From positions 415,623 to 479,622 of the forward strand of contig OZ244890.1 in NCBI GenBank assembly GCA_965221455.1: 64,000 nt of DNA, in the 5' to 3' direction. Shown piece after piece: positions 50,501 through 59,077 of this stretch. The position numbers and the translations under genes were made by a program. The DNA is from Gammaproteobacteria bacterium. GTDB taxonomy: Bacteria; Pseudomonadota; Gammaproteobacteria; Eutrophobiales; Eutrophobiaceae. The notes under the pieces are model-generated. The model saw nothing but the letters and a program-made list of their open reading frames with translations. It did no database searches and was not told where the DNA came from. Position 1 is the first letter of the stretch. Each line of letters begins with the position of its first letter.

Positions 50501-51092
50501 GAGTGACAAAGGCAAGTCCGCTGGTACTGTTTCTTTGGCAGCGTACCTCGAATGCCTCCCCGTCCCGGTCATAGACGGTGGACGTGACATCCAATAGCGG
50601 ATTGAGCACCCGCCGAGCCACGGCAACATCAAAGCTGACACCTGTCGCAGTAGCTATGCACAATTCGTTTACGACATTGCTCATAGTATTGCCAACTCCG
50701 CTACCTGTACGGGAGGTGTTAGATGATATTAAGCATGTTCGGATGCCCGAAAGGACCGACTGGTCGGTCACGCCACTCGCGAAAGGACCACCACTGTGAT
50801 TTGTATGGACGTGGCGCCGAAGCACAAACCACGGCACGCTGACCCGATTCGCGTTGGGGTTCCCTGCCACGGTGGTGGCAAAAGTGGTGGTGCCGTCACC
50901 ATCCTCGGAGGTGGTGGTGACGGCGGGATCGCCGCCCAGATTATACTCGTAGCCGTCACCGCCCCCATCCGGGATGACGTAAAAGTCGACCAACCCGCGC
51001 GCATGGAAACTGTCCGAAAGTGGCGCCTGCGCCCGTGCCGCCGGGCTTGCCCATGCCGTCATCAGGGCAACAACGACCATAACCGCCGTCAT
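47511..51092 (-). CDS. large secreted Thr/Gly/Asn-rich repeat protein with C-terminal tandem dockerin-like Ca-binding repeats
   Basis: The likely start is at 51092 (MTAVMVVVALMTAWASPAARAQA, a signal peptide with an AxA cleavage site); the ORF finder gives 51263. The body has tandem roughly 95-aa beta-sandwich-like repeats (..LTFTTDNWNSARTVTVSSVEDTDTDHETVQLTHTATSTD..). The C-terminus has two nearly identical roughly 55-aa repeats (LDVDGSGGDPNQSDGLLLGRYLFGIRDA.GLLDTIPG). The GC content of this gene is far higher than the flanks. Confidence 0.7.
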   Translation of the reverse strand: MTAVMVVVALMTAWASPAARAQAPLSDSFHARGLVDFYVIPDGGGDGYEYNLGGDPAVTTTSEDGDGTTTFATTVAGNPNANRVSVPWFVLRRHVHTNHSGGPFASGVTDQSVLSGIRTCLISSNTSRTGSGVGNTMSNVVNELCIATATGVSFDVAVARRVLNPLLDVTSTVYDRDGEAFEVRCQRNSTSGLAFVTPATSGTSLIKTGMMDTLEGNTNFCSTPLEITNSYNANKIAAASLNTAFNAPMSADVPVPDTASYTYTGTINNETLTTRRTCSVNVVGTPGPNTPCPEGTNPVLYPNSGIPTGGWTQIGMSEIISPTTLKVWYDRQSGPLNLSFPFRTTLLGAFPAFANFLAAWNAGDNDWHNPFTGGFAAIPGPGRIFLPGVDNIVEIHCRTGDARVRSSGGVTPNISDSQALRTLCQSTPYDITKQSVATAVGILNYNDGWGAWSAGNITDKNQTRTCNAGTGGHCANAYGTDITNHGQTEARPSATFWNNYLVNGPAGHTDATNYGSDDITSVVLTRNNSDGRLQLTDIDTTGGTVTFTTPRFITTGRETPNSGTLFVTGPTNIVLKSNLSRPNLSWTAIPGPGIVFYRPSGSNRVRLLDSSCTASGDLRVRSGTTTNTEQTAQANSPLCNIGASVAAITRQVIGELSATDNYIYAVPATLGAIQDSTPNTPARVDDILTAGALSHPTLTVNINAHQWQRCTTQDCSNATDISTNGTSATYTVQAADHAHWLRVQVTQGGDFNDTLFSNSVQVDRRGAIGPITGIARAGGTLTAGAVTDADASPTTDVGTITHEWQTATASAGPFTAAPGTNNTATYTIASDQSQIGTWLRVMASYPNAGGDSLTSDPVAVAGVRVSPTALNVTEGGDSTSYTLMLSSRPTGPVTLTVTNPDATAVTLSATSLTFTTDNWNSARTVTVSSVEDTDTDHETVQLTHTATSTDPGYNGAAVTIDSVAVTLNDNDGPGVFVSSTTLTVHERGGTGMYTLRLNTPPTEAVTISVTHSNAAAVTVSPTSLMFGTTDWNTAKTITVTGVEDADTDDETVRLTHTVTSTDTTYRTVTAATVTVTVTEIAAVSLDVDGSGGDPNQSDGLLLGRYLFGIRDAAGLLDTIPGSPSASAVTANIAGAFASGRLDVDGSGGDPNQSDGLLLGRYLFGIRDAVGLLDTIPGNPSFNAVRTNIEALLQ

Positions 51093-51318
51093 GCCCGCGC
51101 AACGATAAACTCGTGCATCATCATGCAACCCGTGCAATAGCCCGTTCCGCCTCTCGCCGTCCACACAACCCACAATGCCACCCAACTGACACCTCAAACG
51201 CCGCAAAAGACCAAATTGCACACCCAACACATCCGCAGTAAGCTGCGCTTCGTATTCGGTCATAGCAATGTTGCGCCTGGTGGCGGCGCGGTCTGCGCCA
51301 GTGTTGCGGTCTACCGAG

Positions 51319-51358
51319 GGTGCTGTGGTGCTGTGGTGCTGTGGTGCTGTGGTGCTGG
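51319..51358. repeat. octanucleotide simple-sequence repeat (GGTGCTGT)x4 plus one imperfect unit
   Basis: The repeat is seen directly in the sequence. It lies about 230 nt upstream of the predicted start of the secreted repeat protein. Confidence 0.8.
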
Positions 51359-51718
51359 CACTTGCCGCGCAAGTGCCAGCGTGGTGGTGTGTTTACGTGA
51401 TTTTATCAACATATGTCAGTTCCTCTCCCGCGAGCTATTCAGATTGCCCACGTGCCCCTCTCACTCGGCACTGTACATTATCGTACTGACTGCCTCAACC
51501 TCAACCACTGTTCCATGGCAATCTGGCGCCGATGTTGCAGTGCTGCCACTTTTGGCGTAATACCAGCGTGATGGTCCGTTTACGTGGTTTTGTCGGTATC
51601 TGATGCTCTCTCCATGTCCAGTAGAGTGCAACGGGTTTTTGCCATCACTTCCCTTGCTTACCCGGTGTAACACATTCACCACGCTTGAAGTGGCTCGAAG
51701 ATCGGGGGCAGGTCACTC

Positions 51719-52171
51719 TCATTCAGCAATCAGTGCCTTCATCTTTGCCACGGAATCCTCATCCAATTCTTTCTCGACAGGTGTTCCCGCGGTTGCATCA
51801 CGAAATTCCTTCTCTGCAACCGCGTCTTCGCTCTCCGCTCTTGCTGCTTCGTTGGCATTCTTTTGTAGCGCCATTTTTAATTTCGCAACTTTATCTAACT
51901 TTTCTCTTGCCGCAAGCCGGTCTTTTTCAGCACTCATAAAAGCCTTTAGCCGTAATTTTATTCCTTGATCATCAGAAATTTGAATACCGGTATCATCAAC
52001 GACCTTGCCACGATTGAAGACAAATATTCGTGGTCCACCTTCAGCACCACGATACCAGGGAGGCGGCTTACCGGATAATTGTGTTGTCCCGGTTTCAGGA
52101 TCAATCCATTGATACATCTGTGCCTGAACAGATTGCATGAATACACACTGGCCAAGCAACAGAAAAAACAT
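51719..52171 (-). CDS. DUF4124-domain periplasmic protein
   Basis: A signal peptide (MFFLLLGQCVFMQSVQA) precedes the DUF4124 signature MYQWIDPETGTTQLSGKPPPWYR. The C-terminal region is charged and coiled-coil-like. Confidence 0.6.
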   Translation of the reverse strand: MFFLLLGQCVFMQSVQAQMYQWIDPETGTTQLSGKPPPWYRGAEGGPRIFVFNRGKVVDDTGIQISDDQGIKLRLKAFMSAEKDRLAAREKLDKVAKLKMALQKNANEAARAESEDAVAEKEFRDATAGTPVEKELDEDSVAKMKALIAE

Positions 52172-52411
52172 TAAGCAATCAATTAAGCGATAACAATGCA
52201 CTCTGTGATCCTCCATACGTACTGTCGGAATTATGGCATTTGATTAATCATCAAGTTCGACTCACTTGTCAGGCAGGGTGAACGGGAATTTCGGGAACGA
52301 TATCCGGAACATCACGATGTTGTCCAGGTTAACCATAACGGACAGATCAAACTGATTTGATCGACATGATACATTTTTAAATTGCAAAACCCTATCAGTG
52401 ATCCAGTGCAT

Positions 52412-55400
52412 TCAAATATTCAGCGCCTGTAATTTATTCTTGCTGAAAGCCTCTTGCAGAGACTCATATGTGACACATTCGTAATTATCCATGCGTGCTA
52501 TCAGTTGACCGTTCTGATCGATGAACTCAATAGTGGCCAGGACCCGGTTTTTTGAATGTCCAATGACATTGACATTGATCATGCAATCATCCTTTGGAAA
52601 GGTTTTTTGGAATTGTCTATATTCGCCAATTGCTGTGGGTAAAGAACCCACACCCGATACCTCGAAGCACCAGAGGATCATCAGTTGAAAACCACTATCC
52701 AATACCAGTGGATCGGCAAGCCATGAAGAGCGTATTGGTTTTACCATCCAGTTTGCGGGTGCGCTCGCGGTTTTAACCTGTGCCGAAATACCTTCAGCAC
52801 TACATGCGTCTATGGTGACGATCCCCTGTAACAGTGTGTCGTGGAACAGTCTGTTTGAAGAATAGATTTCGTTTGTCGCCTGCGAATATTCACCGTTAAT
52901 CGCTTGAGTACCCGGGGCTTCTTGCTGAATTTTATCTGTGGTTAAAATAATTTCTGCACGGGCATGTCGTACTTTACCGCTGCGTAACTCGACAAGGATG
53001 ATATTTCCGTCTTCATGTTTGCGCGGACTTCCGGCGAGAATATCAAGTTCAATCGTCTCGTCCATATCCAGAGTGATGCCTTTGAGGATACGGAGATTTC
53101 TAAAGCCGAGATAGTTCAGGCCGGGATTATTATGTATTGCACCATGGGCAAGCCATTCGCATATCATTGCCACAGGTAATACGGCTTGACTATTGATCAC
53201 ATGTGATTTCAGAAAATCATGATCCGCCACATTCAGGTTCCTTGTAAAGGACGCCTGCATATTGTCCACAGGAATTTCTTCTACATATCCCTTTGCATTG
53301 ATATTTTTCTCCGGGACTTCTGTGGCACCTGACACGACAACTTCAACAGGACCCTGGTGTGTGATCTCTTGCATGAGATAGTCAGCACCCGCTTTCAGGT
53401 CAATGATACCAATCCCTTCATTTTTAAAGATTTTCTTTAATGCGGGGGTGACCATGCCGCCGTCCCACGGCCCCCAATTAACACTGATGATCCGACAATC
53501 TTTACGCAAGGTTGCCTGTTGTTGTGCGATTTTATTCAAGGCTTCATTGGCAACCGCATAATCACACTGGCCTTTTCTGCCAAAACGTCCTGTCGTTGAT
53601 GAGAACAGGACCATGATCTTTAATTGATCATTTTCAGTTGCTGCAAGTAAGGAATCCAGTCCTTTAACTTTAGTCGCATAAACTTCTGAAAATTGTTCTC
53701 TGGTTTTATCTGCGATGAGTTTGTCCGCCAATACGCCTGCACCATGAACAAAACCGGCAATATGACCAAGGGTTTTCCTGGCTTCGTCAATTGCCGCGAT
53801 AACTCCAGTTTTATCTTGTACATCGACTGCGCGATACATTACTTTTACACCAGTCGCTGCAATGCGTTGTAGATTGTTGCGGATTTCTCTAGCAGTGAGT
53901 ATTTTGTTACAGGCTGCATTTAATTCTTTCGGCTTTATTGCCGTGGGCGTGGCACTTTTGCTGTCTTGCGCAAGCAGTGCTTTTTTAATTTCAGCTTCTG
54001 TGCCGAGTTCCGCCAACCATGCAGCTTCCGGTTCAGGTTGCTCACTACGTCCCAGTAGTAACAAATTCGTTTGACAGGTTTCCGCCAATGCCAACGCAGT
54101 CCTGGCTGTAACGCCGCGTGCGCCGCCAGTCACGACAACAACATCCTGTGCATTCAGTGGTGCAGAAATTTTATTTCCATCAATCACCGCTTCGTTGAGG
54201 TCGAGTATGTAACGTTGATTATTCACGATCCCAACTTCCAATACGCCCTCTGACAAGCATTCATCAACGACATTATTCGCCAATTTCCTGATGTTATTGC
54301 TCATTTTAACATCAATGGCTTTGCATGAGACTCCCGGCCATTCTTTATCAGCTGTTTTAATCAGGCCTGCGATACCACCGGAAATCGGGCAAGTCTTGCC
54401 AACCCCGTTTAGTCCAAACCTGCCGCCCATTCGGGTGACGCTGGCGAGCAGCGCTGCCCCGGATTTTCCTGCCAGGCGTAATGACTCGCCGATGCGTTGA
54501 ACCAGCATAAAACTTTCCTGCATAAAGGTCTGTTCCGGAGTCTCGGGGGTCAAGATGATCAAGCCTGCCGGCGTTTCATCATATTCGCCGGGCACAGCAG
54601 CAAGCGATATCATCCTGGGCTTGAGACCTTTTACCTTGAGTGATTCACAAATCGCCTGAGTGAATACGGGAGTGTCTGTCGTTACCCAAACAATCGCATT
54701 CTCTTGCAGAGATAGTTTTTCCTGTGCTTGTGTTAATGGCACTGAAGACAAAACTTGTCTATTAATTGTCGTCACGGCTTTTTGGTTCCCGGAACCCATT
54801 TCAGTTACATTTTCCCGGGATGTTATTGCATGCGTCGTTGCAGGTGAACTTGCCAGCATGTGATCAACAATTTGTTGCAGGGTTTGTAATGTCCCTAAAT
54901 CTTCAGGTTTTACTGCAGGTATTGCCGGAATATTTTCCTGCAGGGCAGATAAAATTTCCACGCGCTTGATTGAATCAATGCCAAGATCTGCTTCAAGATT
55001 CATATCCAGATTGAGCATATCCACCGGGTAACAGGTCTTGTCTGCAACCACCTCAAGTATGACTTCAGCCAGTTGTTCCCTATCTGCAGCGGCAGTTGCG
55101 GACGACATTGTTTGTGCAAACCTGCCGCCACTACCTGCGGCAAGGAAATCGACGATTTGTTGTAACGTTTGTAAATTAGCCAAATCTTCCGGACTGACCA
55201 TCGGCGCTTCCGGCAATCGCTCTTGCAGCGCTGATAAAATCTCCACGCGCTTGATCGAGTCTATACCTAAATCGGTATCCAGACTCATCTCCAGACTCAA
55301 CATATCCATGGGATAACCGGTTTTATCACTCACGACTTCCAGTAATACGTCGGCAAACAAGTCTTTATTTGGTATCGCATTTTTAGAACCCGGGACTGCA

Positions 55401-58400
55401 CCCGGAATAATCGCCGGTGCTGTCGTTACCACTTTTGGCGTGGCGGCGACAATGAATTCAACAATATTTTGCAAGAACTGGAATGTGCCCAACTCTTCCG
55501 GATTTACCGTTGGTGCGCTGGGTAACTTTTCCTGTAATGCAGATAAAATTTCCACGCGCTTGATTGAGTCGATACCCAGATCGGTATCCAGACTCATGTC
55601 CAGACTTAGCATTTCCAGCGGATAACCCGTCTTCTCTGCGACTACTTCCAGTAAAATGCTATGGACTTCTTCATCCGCATGAATGGTTTTTTCTGTTTCT
55701 ACAATTTCAATCGTGGGCTTGTCCTGTTCAATGAGCCGAGATGTCGCGGCAGGCACTCCGGGGGATAACTGCTCCGGCGATGCCGGTGCCTCTTGCATCT
55801 CTGGAGATCGTGTTGTGATTGGTTGTGCTTGTACTGAATCGAGACCTGATAACTCTTGTTGTTGTCGCAGAAATTGGGAAATCGTTAGCTGCGCTGTTTC
55901 CTGTCCCTGCAAATATTGCTGATGTAGTTTCGCAGTTTGTTCCTGCATCTTCTGCAGGGCAAGTATACTTTCACGGGTAGTCTCTAATGCGTTTTGTCTC
56001 TGCAGGCCTGTGGTTGTGACAGCAGGTGTTTTTTGTGTCGCAGTGGTACTGTTCGGAACCGGATTTTTCATTTTTGCGTCTGCTGACATTGGCTGTGGTA
56101 TCGGCGTTTGCGATATTGGCGTTTGGATTCGTGGTTTTATTTGTGGAGTTCTTGCCGGACGTTTTTCCACAGGCTTCATGTAGTTTGTGCCGGATAATGA
56201 CATTGTCATCGCCGGTTTTTTATCAACGGCGTTTTGATTTTCTTCGGCTGCTAACGAATGCAGATAACCTGCATCCCACTGCGATAGATCAATACCCTTA
56301 TCCAGCACTGCAAGGCCAGCGAGTAAATTGGCGAGATCAACTTGACCATGTCGTTTACCGGAAGAGTTATCCAGTGACAGGATTTGAAATTCATTCACAT
56401 CATTTTTATCGCTTATGATCGCTGTCACCAAACCGCTCAAACGACTCCCCGGACCAACTTCGACAAAAGTGCGGACGCCTGCGGCGACCATTTTCCCAAC
56501 TTGTTCAACAAACCTGACAGGATGCGCAAGTTGTCCTGCAAGTAGGCGTCTGATCTCATCTTGATTACCAGGGTATGCATCAGCCGTTGTATTCGCCAGC
56601 ACGGTCATCACACTTTTGTGCAATTCAATCCCCGCCAATGCCTCTGCAAAAGGACGTTCTGCATCGGCAACAAACTTACTGTGGAACGCTGCCGAGACAG
56701 GTAATTGTGTCACACGTAACTTGCGACGTTTACAAAGTTTGATGGCTTTTTCTATTTGGTCGGTGGCACCGGATAAAACAATTTGTTTGGGTGCATTATG
56801 GTTGGCAATCACCAAATCGAGTTTTTCTGCCTGAATCAAGGATTCAACAACGCCTGGCTCAGCCAGTACCGCCAGCATTGAACCTCGATCCCCTTCGCCT
56901 TCCGCCATTAGACGGCCGCGTAGCAGAGATAATTTATGTAATGCTGTTTCATCGAATACGCCCGCAGCACACAAGGCAACCAGTTCGCCGTAACTGTGAC
57001 CTGCGGCAATATCCGCCTTGAAACCAAAACTCTCAAGTATACGCAAACCAGACAAACTTACGGCACCAATCGCTGGTTGTGCATGATATGTGTGCCGCAG
57101 AGTCTCTTCCTGAGCTTGTCTTGCCGTATCGTTGAATACAGGAATCGGGTAGATGATATCAGTCAGTCGGGAACCGTGTTTGCTTTCGCCTTTACAGGCG
57201 TTGGCGTTACTCAGGATATTATTAAACTGTGGAAACTGGCAGGCTAAATCGCGCAGCATGCCGACATACTGTGCGCCTTGTCCCGGGAATAATAATCCTG
57301 TTTTGTGTTTGTGTGCACCGCAGGCATAGCTGGCGCCTACAGGTAATTGCCAGAACTTTTTCGATGGTTCTTCTGCCAGCATCTTACTGATATTTTTGAT
57401 CAGTAGTTGTAAATCTGTTTTATCTTTTTCCATGATAAGTATCAGTCGATGTTTTTTCTTCGCATCAAACTTTGCACACGTGCTTGCCGCCAGTGCTCGA
57501 TATGCAGACCATGATTGTTTATCGTCGATTGCATTTAGCCGTTCTGTCAACGCTGTTTGCGAATCCTCGCTCAAGGCAATGAGCAATACGCGACCGTCCC
57601 AATCCATTTCTGCATTATTATCTTCAGCCTCTTCAAGCACGCAGTGGAAATTACTGCCGCCAAAACCAAATGCACTCAATGCTGCACGTCGTCGATGTGA
57701 ATCACTGGAAACCCAGGGGCGTTTCACTGTGTTGATATAGATTGGTGCTTTCCCCGGTTCCAGGGGTATCAGTGGTTGATCGACCTTGAGCGTTGGTGGT
57801 AATACTCTATGCTTCAGCGCCATGATTGCCTTGATCATCCCGGCAACACCTGCCGCAGATTTGGTATGACCAATCATTGACTTCACCGAACCCACAGCAC
57901 ACCAGGTATCTTCTGCATTCGCTTTGCGGTAAACCTGATCAAGCGCGTTTACTTCAACCGCATCCCCGACAGCGGTGCCTGTGCCATGCGCTTCAACGAG
58001 TTCTATTGACTCAGGAGAAATACCGGCTTGTACGTAGGCATCTTCCAATGCTTTAATCTGGCCTGCGCTACTTGGTGCGTAAATGGCATTGCCACGACCG
58101 TCACTTGAAGTACCAATACCTTTAATCACGGCATAAACTTGATCGCCATCCCGTTCAGCATCCGCAAGACGTTTTAATATAACCACTCCCATACCTTCAC
58201 CGAGGACAGTACCATCGCCATTCAATGCAAATGGACGGCTATCGCCTGTCGGTGAAAGCGCAGGTGTTTTACTAAAACACATATACATAAAAATATCGTT
58301 GAAAGTGTCCAGACCGCCAGCAATGACCATATCAGAACGACCGGCAGCGAGTTCCAGTGATGCCAGATGTATCGCACCTAATGAGCTTGCACACGCGGCA

Positions 58401-59077
58401 TCCACTACGCAATTGGTGCCACCGAGATCAAATCTATTCGCAATACGGCCCGCAGCGACATTGCCTAACAAACCGGGAAACGAATTTTCTTGCCAGGGAA
58501 CATAACTATCGGAAATTCTCTGCACAACATCTTCCGCAGTTTCCGGATCAACACCGGCTTTCGCTAAAGCGTCGCGCCAGACCGGATGTCCCAGTCTCGC
58601 CCCAAGCGGTATTACCAATTCGAGTGTGCCGGTCACTCCCAGTATGACGCTGGTACGATCACGGTCAAATTCTTTACCATCACCAACATCTCTGCCGGTG
58701 GCATAACCGGCATCAAGTAAAGCTTGTCTGGCAACTACCATACCGAGTAATTGTGTGGTGTCGGTGGCCTCAATATTATTCGGACTTATGCCGTACTGCA
58801 GTGGATTGAAATTTACCGGATCAATAAAACCACCACGTCGACAGTAAGTCATATCGGGAGTCTTTTGATTGGCATCAAAATAATCCTCAGGATTCCAGTG
58901 TGAATCGGGAATGTCTGTGATGGCATCAACTCCCTCTCGAACATTCGACCAATATTCACTGACATCACCTGCCTTCGGGAAAAGACAGCCGATACCAATG
59001 ACGGCTAATGGAGAGGCCTGATTCCTGTTTTCCTGTTTCTTTTCCATAGTCATTTGATCATGATAAATTTTGTTCAA
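52412..59077 (-). CDS. PfaA-like polyketide/PUFA-type synthase: KS-AT-ACPx3-KR-DH
   Basis: The 2221-aa protein has, in order: a KS N-terminus (AVIGIGCLFPKAGD, with the active Cys in a DAACASSLGA context), an AT domain (GHSYGE), three tandem ACPs (each LGIDSIKRVEILSALQE), a KR domain (VVVTGGARGVTA), and a C-terminal PKS-type DH domain (HDFLKSHVINSQAVLPVAMICEWL). Its start overlaps the enoyl reductase gene stop. An alternative start at 59053 (MTMEKK) removes the overlap. Confidence 0.85.
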   Translation of the reverse strand: MNKIYHDQMTMEKKQENRNQASPLAVIGIGCLFPKAGDVSEYWSNVREGVDAITDIPDSHWNPEDYFDANQKTPDMTYCRRGGFIDPVNFNPLQYGISPNNIEATDTTQLLGMVVARQALLDAGYATGRDVGDGKEFDRDRTSVILGVTGTLELVIPLGARLGHPVWRDALAKAGVDPETAEDVVQRISDSYVPWQENSFPGLLGNVAAGRIANRFDLGGTNCVVDAACASSLGAIHLASLELAAGRSDMVIAGGLDTFNDIFMYMCFSKTPALSPTGDSRPFALNGDGTVLGEGMGVVILKRLADAERDGDQVYAVIKGIGTSSDGRGNAIYAPSSAGQIKALEDAYVQAGISPESIELVEAHGTGTAVGDAVEVNALDQVYRKANAEDTWCAVGSVKSMIGHTKSAAGVAGMIKAIMALKHRVLPPTLKVDQPLIPLEPGKAPIYINTVKRPWVSSDSHRRRAALSAFGFGGSNFHCVLEEAEDNNAEMDWDGRVLLIALSEDSQTALTERLNAIDDKQSWSAYRALAASTCAKFDAKKKHRLILIMEKDKTDLQLLIKNISKMLAEEPSKKFWQLPVGASYACGAHKHKTGLLFPGQGAQYVGMLRDLACQFPQFNNILSNANACKGESKHGSRLTDIIYPIPVFNDTARQAQEETLRHTYHAQPAIGAVSLSGLRILESFGFKADIAAGHSYGELVALCAAGVFDETALHKLSLLRGRLMAEGEGDRGSMLAVLAEPGVVESLIQAEKLDLVIANHNAPKQIVLSGATDQIEKAIKLCKRRKLRVTQLPVSAAFHSKFVADAERPFAEALAGIELHKSVMTVLANTTADAYPGNQDEIRRLLAGQLAHPVRFVEQVGKMVAAGVRTFVEVGPGSRLSGLVTAIISDKNDVNEFQILSLDNSSGKRHGQVDLANLLAGLAVLDKGIDLSQWDAGYLHSLAAEENQNAVDKKPAMTMSLSGTNYMKPVEKRPARTPQIKPRIQTPISQTPIPQPMSADAKMKNPVPNSTTATQKTPAVTTTGLQRQNALETTRESILALQKMQEQTAKLHQQYLQGQETAQLTISQFLRQQQELSGLDSVQAQPITTRSPEMQEAPASPEQLSPGVPAATSRLIEQDKPTIEIVETEKTIHADEEVHSILLEVVAEKTGYPLEMLSLDMSLDTDLGIDSIKRVEILSALQEKLPSAPTVNPEELGTFQFLQNIVEFIVAATPKVVTTAPAIIPGAVPGSKNAIPNKDLFADVLLEVVSDKTGYPMDMLSLEMSLDTDLGIDSIKRVEILSALQERLPEAPMVSPEDLANLQTLQQIVDFLAAGSGGRFAQTMSSATAAADREQLAEVILEVVADKTCYPVDMLNLDMNLEADLGIDSIKRVEILSALQENIPAIPAVKPEDLGTLQTLQQIVDHMLASSPATTHAITSRENVTEMGSGNQKAVTTINRQVLSSVPLTQAQEKLSLQENAIVWVTTDTPVFTQAICESLKVKGLKPRMISLAAVPGEYDETPAGLIILTPETPEQTFMQESFMLVQRIGESLRLAGKSGAALLASVTRMGGRFGLNGVGKTCPISGGIAGLIKTADKEWPGVSCKAIDVKMSNNIRKLANNVVDECLSEGVLEVGIVNNQRYILDLNEAVIDGNKISAPLNAQDVVVVTGGARGVTARTALALAETCQTNLLLLGRSEQPEPEAAWLAELGTEAEIKKALLAQDSKSATPTAIKPKELNAACNKILTAREIRNNLQRIAATGVKVMYRAVDVQDKTGVIAAIDEARKTLGHIAGFVHGAGVLADKLIADKTREQFSEVYATKVKGLDSLLAATENDQLKIMVLFSSTTGRFGRKGQCDYAVANEALNKIAQQQATLRKDCRIISVNWGPWDGGMVTPALKKIFKNEGIGIIDLKAGADYLMQEITHQGPVEVVVSGATEVPEKNINAKGYVEEIPVDNMQASFTRNLNVADHDFLKSHVINSQAVLPVAMICEWLAHGAIHNNPGLNYLGFRNLRILKGITLDMDETIELDILAGSPRKHEDGNIILVELRSGKVRHARAEIILTTDKIQQEAPGTQAINGEYSQATNEIYSSNRLFHDTLLQGIVTIDACSAEGISAQVKTASAPANWMVKPIRSSWLADPLVLDSGFQLMILWCFEVSGVGSLPTAIGEYRQFQKTFPKDDCMINVNVIGHSKNRVLATIEFIDQNGQLIARMDNYECVTYESLQEAFSKNKLQALNI
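54860..55680. repeat. three tandem roughly 300-bp repeats encoding the ACP domains of the PfaA-like gene
   Basis: Nucleotide-level repeats (for example cgcgcttgattgagtc.atacc.agatc.gtatccagactcat) recur at about 54961, 55247 and 55557. Confidence 0.8.

Noticed and set aside
51093-51263. N-terminal extension of the big secreted protein to the ATG at 51263 (as in the ORF track).
   Set aside because: A textbook signal peptide with an AxA site begins at the internal Met (51092). The 57-aa extension is Arg/Gly-rich with no features, so the shorter start is preferred.
47493-51560. Numerous plus-strand ORFs (60-177 aa) across the high-GC island.
   Set aside because: High GC lowers stop-codon frequency, so long spurious frames are expected. 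They overlap the well-supported 1193-aa minus-strand gene and are low-complexity.
52412-59077. Modular type I PKS/NRPS natural-product megasynthase.
   Set aside because: Three things point to the PUFA-synthase/HglE-like family rather than a modular PKS: tandem identical ACPs after a single KS-AT, the KR-DH tail, and the coupled PfaD-type trans-ER.
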